From an uncultured virus (IMG/VR IMGVR_UViG_3300042526_000204) (Duplodnaviria; Heunggongvirae; Uroviricota; Caudoviricetes), in IMG/VR virus record IMGVR_UViG_3300042526_000204: a stretch of 64,000 nt of DNA. The stretch is one strand, 5' to 3'. The translations under genes and the position numbers were made by a program. Position 1 is the stretch's first letter; every line of letters begins with the position of its first letter. A model generated the notes under the pieces. It worked only from the letters and a program-made list of their open reading frames with translations. It was not told the origin of the DNA and searched no databases. This document shows positions 9,733 through 17,454 of the stretch, one piece after another.

Positions 9733-9831
9733 ATGAAAAGACTATCCTTACAACAAATAGCAAACATACTTAAAGTCACTGCTATCCTTATTACAGCTTA
9801 CATCATCTATTCAGTAACATTTCCCTCATAA
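9733..9831 (+). CDS. 32-aa membrane peptide (MKRLSLQQIANILKVTAILITAYIIYSVTFPS)
   Basis: Fills the gap between two ORFs exactly and has a hydrophobic helix. Confidence 0.55.
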   Translation: MKRLSLQQIANILKVTAILITAYIIYSVTFPS

Positions 9832-9833
9832 TT

Positions 9834-10082
9834 ATGAGCAGACATCACACAATAGGTACAAATCCTGATACTAGTAACACCGTAGATATATTTTATGGGT
9901 ATGATCAAGTACCAGGATTTGTTGGTGGTTATTTCTTCCAAGTTTATTCAAGAGAAGAAATACCAAATGACCCTTCAGGAGAAGGTATCATTGTAAATGA
10001 AGGTTTCCTAAATGGAATATCAAAAAAAGCACTTAATGAACTTGCTAAACACTGGCAATGTAAACTTAAAACTAATATTTAA
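9834..10082 (+). CDS. Hypothetical protein
   Basis: Tightly packed ORF with a YGYD...GYFFQV motif. Confidence 0.6.
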   Translation: MSRHHTIGTNPDTSNTVDIFYGYDQVPGFVGGYFFQVYSREEIPNDPSGEGIIVNEGFLNGISKKALNELAKHWQCKLKTNI

Positions 10083-10088
10083 TTCAAC

Positions 10089-10295
10089 ATGAAAAATCAA
10101 ACACAATTTCAAAAAGAACATTCTAAGCAAGTAGCTTGGGAATCTTGGTTTATCTTATCCATAGTATTCTTTGGAGGCATATTCTTTATCTGCACTCTTG
10201 ATGGTAGCAGAGAAATAGCTGAATTACCTTACCTATTAGCAATCTCTATTATTAATCTTGCCATTTGTTTATACAAAGGCTTTAAACCTAGATAA
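10089..10295 (+). CDS. Small protein with two transmembrane segments
   Basis: Two hydrophobic segments. Confidence 0.6.
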   Translation: MKNQTQFQKEHSKQVAWESWFILSIVFFGGIFFICTLDGSREIAELPYLLAISIINLAICLYKGFKPR

Positions 10296-10297
10296 AT

Positions 10298-10684
10298 ATG
10301 GAAAACTTTCATACTAATCAAGTAAACAATCTTCTTAGAAAAAGATGGACACAAGAAGAAGAAGTTATTGTTTTAAATAACATCAAAAATTTCCCTGACA
10401 ACTTACATGAAGCTTTCAGAGTTTCTGCAAGACAATTAGAAAACAGAAATGTCCATTCTATTGAGCAAAAGTATTACAATACTTTAAAACTTAAATATCC
10501 TAATGTAATCTCTGTAGGCACATCAAAAGGCTTTAGTGTTAAAAACACCAAAAACAGAGCAAACAAGTCTGAAAATCAAGAAGAGTCTTTATCTCCTATT
10601 TTAAGACCTGTTCATAGAATAGTAATGGAAATGATGCAATTATCTCCTGAAGATCTCAAAAAGATAATTGAATTCTTTAAATAA
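10298..10684 (+). CDS. Myb/SANT-like HTH protein
   Basis: RWTQEEEVIVL...LENRNVHSIEQKYY. Confidence 0.55.
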   Translation: MENFHTNQVNNLLRKRWTQEEEVIVLNNIKNFPDNLHEAFRVSARQLENRNVHSIEQKYYNTLKLKYPNVISVGTSKGFSVKNTKNRANKSENQEESLSPILRPVHRIVMEMMQLSPEDLKKIIEFFK

Positions 10685-11013
10685 TGGGTTGGGATAATTT
10701 TCCAGAGAATTGGGAAACAGATGCTCCACAAATAGAAATCCTTGATATTGATAGAGTGCCTATAGAATTAACTGTAGGCACTAAATATCATTGTACATGG
10801 GCATTCTCTAAAGGTATGGTTTGGGTATTAAAAGGTATTAGCAATAACAATCAAGCTATACTTGAAACACCTAGAACTAAAAAGACTATCACTACTCATG
10901 TGCATAATCTTAGGCATATTAACAAAAATGCTTTGTTTCAAGCTAAACAGAGAATCAAAAAAGAAAATAGACTTAAAGAGTTAAAAGACAAAGAGTTAAA
11001 CCTTCTTACTTAA
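10684..11013 (+). CDS. Hypothetical protein (possible small SH3-like barrel)
   Basis: TAATG coupling to the upstream gene. Confidence 0.5.
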   Translation: MGWDNFPENWETDAPQIEILDIDRVPIELTVGTKYHCTWAFSKGMVWVLKGISNNNQAILETPRTKKTITTHVHNLRHINKNALFQAKQRIKKENRLKELKDKELNLLT

Positions 11014-11208
11014 ACCATTACATATCTAAAAGAAAAAAAGAACCAAAAAAAGAAAAACTATAGACCAAGTCTAGTGGGTCAAGAAGTTTGACTCATAGTC
11101 TTACTCTGTTGCACTGTAGTGCACATAGAAAAACTATGTTAAGGCAAAGTTATAAGAAATAATTGACATAATCAATAGTTTAATTGTTAAATTTTAATCC
11201 AAATAAAA

Positions 11209-11493
11209 ATGGCACAAATTGTATTTGACCACACAAAAGAAGAAACTTTAGAAGCTATAGGTTTTACAAAAGATGACCTAGAAAGCTTAAATCACAAATT
11301 AGCTAATATAAGTAAGCTAATTATTTTAGAACAACCAAAACAAAGTGTAGTAATTCAAAAAATAGCTGAAACATTTAGTTATAAAGAACTGCTTGTAGTA
11401 GCAACTATGTTTGTTGTAGATAAAACATTAGATATGGTTAAAAATAATCCATTATTAGCTATAGTAGAATTATTAAAAGATAAAGGAGAGTAA
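11209..11493 (+). CDS. Hypothetical protein
   Basis: A-rich start region, followed by a terminator. Confidence 0.6.
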   Translation: MAQIVFDHTKEETLEAIGFTKDDLESLNHKLANISKLIILEQPKQSVVIQKIAETFSYKELLVVATMFVVDKTLDMVKNNPLLAIVELLKDKGE

Positions 11494-11507
11494 TCTCCTT
11501 TTTTTTT
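11484..11507 (+). terminator. Intrinsic terminator AGGAGA-GTAA-TCTCCT plus T-tract
   Basis: Stem-loop followed by a long T run. Confidence 0.75.
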
Positions 11508-11517
11508 GTTTTAACCT

Positions 11518-11540
11518 CATTTTAAAACCCTCACTAATTT
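11518..11540 (+). promoter_or_regulatory. Repeated early motif CATTTTAAAACCCTCACTAATTT
   Basis: Third copy of the motif, directly after a terminator. Confidence 0.6.
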
Positions 11541-11576
11541 AGACAAGTATTAATAACATCTTAAATTATATTGCAA

Positions 11577-11744
11577 ATGGCGTCAAAAAGGACAAGAATC
11601 AGATTTGCTACACTAGAGGCATCTAGTAATGATTTAACTAACATTAAAGCTAAAAGACTTGTAATGTTAGTTAAATATGTAGCGGGTATTAATCCAAGAG
11701 TACTAAGTGTTGAAGCTCAAGGAATTAAAGTCAGAAATTATTAA
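11577..11744 (+). CDS. Small basic protein, 55 aa (MASKRTRIRFATLEASS...GIKVRNY)
   Basis: ORF read manually downstream of the repeated motif. It is below the track cutoff. Confidence 0.55.
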   Translation: MASKRTRIRFATLEASSNDLTNIKAKRLVMLVKYVAGINPRVLSVEAQGIKVRNY

Positions 11745-11764
11745 TTTATTATCCAACTTAAACA

Positions 11765-12025
11765 ATGAAAAAATTATTAAATTACCTCAGAACACATTTA
11801 TCTGCATTAATTTCTCCTGAACCTGAAATTCAGAGTGATTATGTAAATAAAGTAGTGTATTTGTTAAGAAGAGATTTTGACTCTGAACAACAAAATGAAA
11901 TACTAGTAGCTGTTGCTACTAAATTGTCTATCTTGAGAGATCAAGATTTAGCACAAATGGAAAAAGATTATGCTAATCTACAAGAGAATAATAATACTCT
12001 TAAACATAGAATGGCAATAACTTAA
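11765..12025 (+). CDS. Hypothetical coiled-coil protein
   Basis: ORF with a helical heptad pattern. Confidence 0.55.
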   Translation: MKKLLNYLRTHLSALISPEPEIQSDYVNKVVYLLRRDFDSEQQNEILVAVATKLSILRDQDLAQMEKDYANLQENNNTLKHRMAIT

Positions 12026-12402
12026 ATTTGAGTTGGATTAAATTTGACGGTAAGATTAGGTAGAGGGTAAATCTTCTATGGAAGTGCCTCTCCCTTTCTT
12101 ATTAATCCAATCATCTACAATTTAAAGTCTTAATCAGGATAGGAGAAGCTTCAGGAATCCTCCAAAATAAACATATTAGTTGTATGTCTAATATTCCTGG
12201 TCACTGAAATAAGTTTACTCACCTATTCTTAAAGTAGTGTATAAACAAGGTTAAGACTTTATAATATAAGTGGACCGCTGCAGACTGTAAGTCAAGCTAG
12301 CAGAGAAGCTTTATAACGTAGAAACAACATTTCCCCAGTTTCTTGTTCTGTGCACAGAGAAGATTTATAAGGAAATTGACAGCTAGGAAAGACTAGCAAT
12401 AT

Positions 12403-12783
12403 GGGCCTGACTTGGCTTTGATTAGGTATGTTATTTATTAGAAATCAGCACAGAGAGATAACTGTATAAAACTAAGGTGAATCATTTTAAATGGAAACAC
12501 ACAAGAGAATACCCAAGTACAAGCTAATATGAGTAAAGTTTACTCACTTATTTCTTCTGTAGAAGAAGTGGCTGTGGCAGCTTAAGCCAAAGATTAAGCA
12601 AGATTAATACTCCCTTTTTCCATAGCTTAGGGTAAAAAACTATGGTGGTGGATGTCAATTTAACAGTTGACCCTATATTCTTGCATTGCCAAAGCAGAAT
12701 TAAAAGATACATTGGTAAAAAAAGCTGTATAAATTTCTAATATTGAAGTATTTAAGACTGGGGTTCGACTCCCCACAGGTCCA
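12403..12783 (+). ncRNA. ssrA: Phage-encoded tmRNA
   Basis: 5' GGGCCTG pairs with 3' CAGGTCC-A and includes a G3.U wobble (Ala identity). T-arm is TGGGG-TTCGACT-CCCCA at 12759-12775. D-loop-like ACTTGGCTTTGA follows the 5' stem. An internal tag frame at 12493-12585 ends ...VAVAA*. Length is about 381 nt, and CCA is not encoded. Confidence 0.9.
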
Positions 12784-12799
12784 CGTCCACAAATTATTC

Positions 12800-12830
12800 T
12801 TTGCACTTCCACATATTATTTGTATCTTTA
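12800..12830 (+). promoter_or_regulatory. Host-type promoter TTTG-N19-TATCTTTA for the endonuclease gene
   Basis: Bacteroidota -33/-7 spacing, with one mismatch in the -7 element. Confidence 0.5.
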
Positions 12831-12848
12831 TAATCTAAATTTAAAACT

Positions 12849-13376
12849 ATGAAACAAATAAGAAAAAAACTGGAAGTGCATTGTTATAGTTGTAATGCAA
12901 TTATCTTAAAAGATAACTCTGAAGTAAAAAGAAATGAGAAATTAAGTAGAAATAATTTTTGCTCTATTTCTTGTTCTAAAAAAGTAGCTCAAAATATAGA
13001 AATGCTATCTAGTTATAGAAGCTCTGCACATCTTAATGCAGGTAATAGAAGAGATGAATTTACAGGTTTTAGAGAGCATTTATTAAGAGCTAAAAGAAGA
13101 AATCAAAATGTAGATATTACATTAGAAGACTTAAAAGAAACTTGGATTAAACAACAAGGTATTTGCCCTTATTCTAAAGTTAAATTACAATTTGTAAAAC
13201 TTAAAATTAGAAATAACCCTATATATACTATGAGTTTAGACAGAATAAATTCAAATTTAGGGTATGTTAAAGGCAACATACAATTTATTAGTATTGCTAT
13301 GAATCTAATGAAAAACAGTATGTCAGAAGAAGAAATGAAAGAGCTTCTTTTGATATTAAAATATTCTTCTAATTAA
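12849..13376 (+). CDS. HNH/His-Me-finger homing-type endonuclease with an N-terminal Zn finger
   Basis: CYSC...FCSISC Zn finger; QQGICPYS...SLDRINSNLGYVKGNIQF...NLMK. Confidence 0.75.
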   Translation: MKQIRKKLEVHCYSCNAIILKDNSEVKRNEKLSRNNFCSISCSKKVAQNIEMLSSYRSSAHLNAGNRRDEFTGFREHLLRAKRRNQNVDITLEDLKETWIKQQGICPYSKVKLQFVKLKIRNNPIYTMSLDRINSNLGYVKGNIQFISIAMNLMKNSMSEEEMKELLLILKYSSN

Positions 13377-13673
13377 TTTAGAAGTCCCACTACAAACATT
13401 GTCAGCAAAATTCTTCATCCCATTGTATCCTAAAACAATAGAGCTCTTGAGCTTAAATATTGTAAGTGATCTGGTCACTGGTCATAGATGATTGCAGTAC
13501 AGGAGTTTGGGTCAGAGTAATAGTCTTGTGTTGCTGAGCATGATCATTATCTACAAAACCTCTCTGACTTTTAATTAACCAAAGGTAAATTTAAACAAAA
13601 ATCTAAAACAAATCTCTAACTATGGAATAGGTTAATACCTTTACTATGAAGTATTTAGAACAAAAACAAAAGA

Positions 13674-14315
13674 ATGAATACAACAAGTTCAAACACAGAA
13701 AACAGAGTAAGAAAAGAAACTTCTAAATCAGGTCTTGAAGTAGCAAGAGTACATGCAACTGCTTACCAAAAAGAAGGAACTCTTACTGCAGAAATTAAAC
13801 AGACTATAACTGCTAAAAGTTATTACCCATCAAAGTCTGTAAGTAACAACATGCAAGATAATCCATTCAGCACTGCTGAATTTGGTTTCTCTGAAAAAGA
13901 GTATGTTGCTACTGAGAAAAGAGTAGCTTGGGTTGATGTACCTACAGGTTCTAGTGTAGAATCTGTTATTGCTAAACTAGCAACTCTTCCTAATGCTAGT
14001 ATTTACAAAATACTAGCTAATCATCCAATCCTTTCTGATAACCAACAGTATGGTATCAATGCAGGATTGACAACAAAAGATTCTATTGCTGATAAGCAAG
14101 TTGTAAGATATCCAGAAGGACATCCACAAGCAGGAGCACTAATCTTAAAAGATGGTAAACCTCAGTACAAAGCAACTTTCTTCAAATCTGAAGCAAAAGA
14201 AGATGAAGATTTGAGAACTGCAGACCCTGCAGATTTCTATGCTAGTGCTACTATGAGAGTAGAATTAGCAGGAACTATTAATACTATAGCCTTAGTAGGC
14301 CAAGATAGTTTATAG
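13674..14315 (+). CDS. Hypothetical protein, probably abundant
   Basis: 213-aa ORF followed by a strong terminator. Confidence 0.6.
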   Translation: MNTTSSNTENRVRKETSKSGLEVARVHATAYQKEGTLTAEIKQTITAKSYYPSKSVSNNMQDNPFSTAEFGFSEKEYVATEKRVAWVDVPTGSSVESVIAKLATLPNASIYKILANHPILSDNQQYGINAGLTTKDSIADKQVVRYPEGHPQAGALILKDGKPQYKATFFKSEAKEDEDLRTADPADFYASATMRVELAGTINTIALVGQDSL

Positions 14316-14330
14316 TTTATGTTGAAGATA

Positions 14331-14367
14331 AAAGAGAGTGAGGATTTTTCCTCACTTTCTTTTTTTC
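14331..14367 (+). terminator. Intrinsic terminator
   Basis: AGAGAGTGAGGA-TTTT-TCCTCACTTTCT followed by a T run. Confidence 0.8.
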
Positions 14368-14395
14368 ATTTCCAAAAGTTGCAACAGATATATCA

Positions 14396-14403
14396 TATAT
14401 TTG
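14396..14403 (+). promoter_or_regulatory. Bacteroidota -7 element TATATTTG heading the replication operon
   Basis: Exact TAnnTTTG after a terminator, upstream of 14440. Confidence 0.6.
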
Positions 14404-14439
14404 TAGCCCTTATTTTTATTAACCCTTATTTATTTAGCC

Positions 14440-14733
14440 ATGAGTGCAAAGAAGAATTTAACCCCTTTTACAGGGTATTTTGAAGGTATGTCCAAACCTG
14501 AACTTATTACCATTGAAGGTAAACCAACTAAAAAAAGAGCTATTGTTACTGTAACTACAGAAGATGATCAAAAAGCTTTCTTTGAAGTAAGAGATGCTGT
14601 TATAGCAAGAATTGAAAAGCTAGGCATTAGAAAAGGAGATGAAATCAATATTGGTTTTGTATTCATTGGTTCTGAAAAACAAGGTAGAACTTACAATAAC
14701 CTGTTTATCAATCAGATAGACTATGTCAATTAA
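14440..14733 (+). CDS. Small OB-fold, SSB-like protein (DUF3127-like)
   Basis: FFEVR...KGDEINIGF.F.GSEKQGRTYNNL pattern. Confidence 0.6.
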   Translation: MSAKKNLTPFTGYFEGMSKPELITIEGKPTKKRAIVTVTTEDDQKAFFEVRDAVIARIEKLGIRKGDEINIGFVFIGSEKQGRTYNNLFINQIDYVN

Positions 14734-15121
14734 AGAAACAAAAGAACAGATTGAAGACAGTAATCTGCAGTTTGTAGTTCTTTTAACTCTTATTATTGAA
14801 AGAATTGAGTTTCTTGAAAAACATGGTTACATCTATGGTACCATAAAAGCTTTCCTCAAGAACAGTAAGACTAAGTATGAAGAGTTTATAGCTAAAGTAT
14901 TTCAATATCAAGGTTCTATAGAAGGTAATGATGCTAAGCAAGCTACTAACAAACTACTTGTAATGCAAGAAAGAGTAGAGTTGGCTTTAGTTAATCAGTA
15001 TGTCTTAACTGTAGATGAAAGAAGAGAAAGAGCTAAAGAAATTCTTAGCAAATATCTTATAGGGCCTATGGTAGAAAATGCTATGCAAGAAATGGAAGAT
15101 AAAAACCTATTTAATTTTTAA
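14723..15121 (+). CDS. Hypothetical helical protein
   Basis: Overlapping ORF within the operon. Confidence 0.55.
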   Translation: MSIKETKEQIEDSNLQFVVLLTLIIERIEFLEKHGYIYGTIKAFLKNSKTKYEEFIAKVFQYQGSIEGNDAKQATNKLLVMQERVELALVNQYVLTVDERRERAKEILSKYLIGPMVENAMQEMEDKNLFNF

Positions 15122-15123
15122 TT

Positions 15124-15336
15124 ATGAAACATTTTAATTCTTCATTAGAGTTGTATTCTGACTTAATAAGTCAGCACTCTACAAATGGTTTCTTTAATTG
15201 GTGTTGTGACTGTATTCAATTTTATGCAAATGTATTTGGGGTTACTTATGAAGAATTAAATATTATTCTATTTGTAATCTTAGAGCCTTGTATTATACTG
15301 TTACTACTATTTCTATTAATTCTTAAAAAGAAATGA
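15124..15336 (+). CDS. Small membrane protein
   Basis: FGVTYEELNIILFVILEP followed by a C-terminal transmembrane helix. Confidence 0.6.
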   Translation: MKHFNSSLELYSDLISQHSTNGFFNWCCDCIQFYANVFGVTYEELNIILFVILEPCIILLLLFLLILKKK

Positions 15337-17216
15337 GATACACCATATTTGATATAGAAACTGATGGTTTACTAGATACTCTAACTACTTTTCATTGTCT
15401 TGTAGCTCATACTTATGAAGACAACCAATTACTAGGAGAAATTGTTATTACAAATCCTTGGGAATTGGCTAACTTTTTAAGTGGACAAGCTATGCTTGTA
15501 GGTCATAATGTGAAAAGATATGACTTTCCTGCTATACAAAAACTTACAGGGTATGTACATACAGGCCAAATAATAGACACTTTGGCTTTGTCTTGGTACT
15601 TATATCCAAATGAAGCAGAACATGGCTTAGAAGTATGGGGAGAAAGAGTAGGAGTAGCTAAACCTGTAATCACAGACTGGGAAAACCTAGATACAGAAGA
15701 TTACATCAATAGATGTAGACAAGATGTTGTGATTAATAGTATCATTCTTGGAGATTTCATTAGTTATCTAAAAGAAATATATCAGAATGAGGACTATCAT
15801 AGACTAATGGCATATCTAACTTGGAAATTAGATTGTGCAGCAGAACAAGAAGCAAATCCATTAACCATTGACAGAGTATATTGTAAAGAAACATTGGATA
15901 CTCTTCATACTCTTGTAAATGAAAGAAAAGCCAATCTCACTCAGGCAATGCCTAAAGTAGAGAAATTTGCTATCAAAAGAAAACCTTCTAAAATGTTTAC
16001 AGTTAAAGATGAACTGACCAAGGCAGGCATAGCTTGGTTAGAATTATTAGCTGACAATGATTTAGAAGCAGATTTTGATGGGGAAATTGGTGTACTTAAA
16101 TCCACAGAAGAACCTAATCCAACTTCAACAACACAATTAAAGTCTTGGCTATTCAGTTTAGGCTGGAGACCTACAGTATTTAACTATGTAAAAGAAGGTG
16201 ATGGCACCAGAGCAGTACCTCAGATACAAGATAAGGATAAAAAGCTATGCCCTAATATTATATTGCTAGCTGAAACACATCCTGTTCTTGAGAATCTAAA
16301 AGGTCTCTTTATGCTTCAACACAGAATTGGTGTTCTTAATGGATTTCTAGAGTGCTCTAATGAGCAAGGCAAAATGAAAGCTGAGATAGCTGGTCTTACT
16401 AATACTCTTAGATTTAAACACAAGAAGCCCGTTGCTAATCTTCCTAGTGTAGACAAACCTTATGGTAAAGAAATCAGAGGAGCTATTATAGCACCTGATA
16501 ATGACCATCTCTTTTGTGGTAGTGATATGAGTTCATTGGAAGACACTACTAAACAACACTACATGTATTTTTATGATCCTGAATATGTAAAAGCAATGAG
16601 AGTACCAGGATTTGATCCTCATCTTGATATTGCTGTACTATCAGGTATGCTTACTACTGAACAAGTAGAGGAGCATAAGCTTTTTGAAGCCACAAAAGGA
16701 GAACAAGGTACATCTTACAAGAAGGTTAGAACAAAGGCTAAAGTGGTAAACTTTTCAGGTATTTATGGAGCAGGCCCACCTAAGATTGCCTTAACTACAG
16801 GCATGTCATTAGAAGAAGCATCATTGCTACATAAAATTTACTGGGAAAGAAATAAGTCTGTAAAACAGATTAGTAATGATTCTGTTTACAAATCAGTTAG
16901 AGACCAAATGTGGCTATACAATCCTGTCAGTGGATTTTGGTATTCTTTAAGACAACCTAAAGATAGATTCAGTACTCTCAATCAAGGTACAGGAGTATAT
17001 TGCTTTGACACTCACATTAAAAATGTGAGACAACAAGGCATTGTGATTAATCTCCAATATCATGATGAGATAGGCTTTGCTTTCTTAAGAGAAGATGAAG
17101 AAGTAATCAAAGAAAAACTTAACAAAGCTATAGAGCTTACTAACAAAGCACTTTGTCTTAATGTACCATTAGGAATAAGTATTGATATAGGAAAGAATTA
17201 TGCAGAAGCACATTAA
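15333..17216 (+). CDS. polA: Family A DNA polymerase with 3'-5' exonuclease
   Basis: ExoI FDIETDG, ExoII GHNVKRYD, motif A GSDMSSLE, motif B RTKAKVVNFSGIYG, motif C YHDE. Confidence 0.95.
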   Translation: MRYTIFDIETDGLLDTLTTFHCLVAHTYEDNQLLGEIVITNPWELANFLSGQAMLVGHNVKRYDFPAIQKLTGYVHTGQIIDTLALSWYLYPNEAEHGLEVWGERVGVAKPVITDWENLDTEDYINRCRQDVVINSIILGDFISYLKEIYQNEDYHRLMAYLTWKLDCAAEQEANPLTIDRVYCKETLDTLHTLVNERKANLTQAMPKVEKFAIKRKPSKMFTVKDELTKAGIAWLELLADNDLEADFDGEIGVLKSTEEPNPTSTTQLKSWLFSLGWRPTVFNYVKEGDGTRAVPQIQDKDKKLCPNIILLAETHPVLENLKGLFMLQHRIGVLNGFLECSNEQGKMKAEIAGLTNTLRFKHKKPVANLPSVDKPYGKEIRGAIIAPDNDHLFCGSDMSSLEDTTKQHYMYFYDPEYVKAMRVPGFDPHLDIAVLSGMLTTEQVEEHKLFEATKGEQGTSYKKVRTKAKVVNFSGIYGAGPPKIALTTGMSLEEASLLHKIYWERNKSVKQISNDSVYKSVRDQMWLYNPVSGFWYSLRQPKDRFSTLNQGTGVYCFDTHIKNVRQQGIVINLQYHDEIGFAFLREDEEVIKEKLNKAIELTNKALCLNVPLGISIDIGKNYAEAH

Positions 17217-17454
17217 TTATTTAGACTTTTTCCAGTTCTATTTACATATTCCTGTTGCCATATTTGAAGATATAACTGACCAAGAAGTCTTAGATGATTG
17301 TCTTGACTTAGAAGCATATCCTTTGAGTATTATCAGAGATGTAAATCATCCTTTATTTGTTAAGATTAAAAAAGATTTTAAGACTAAAGGAGTAAAACAA
17401 GATTTAAAATTAATTGTCCTTGCAATAGGATATAATAAAGAGTATTTATCATGA
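17200..17454 (+). CDS. Hypothetical protein
   Basis: Overlap-coupled ORF. Confidence 0.5.
   Translation: MQKHINYLDFFQFYLHIPVAIFEDITDQEVLDDCLDLEAYPLSIIRDVNHPLFVKIKKDFKTKGVKQDLKLIVLAIGYNKEYLS

Noticed and set aside
12755..12783. Possible standalone tRNA gene (GGTTCGACTCC T-arm)
   Set aside because: The matching acceptor strand is about 370 nt upstream with a tag frame in between, so it is a tmRNA.
7347..13600. CRISPR array or DGR suggested by the intergenic repeats
   Set aside because: The repeats are few and irregularly spaced around genes. No repeat-spacer periodicity, reverse transcriptase or TR/VR pair was seen.
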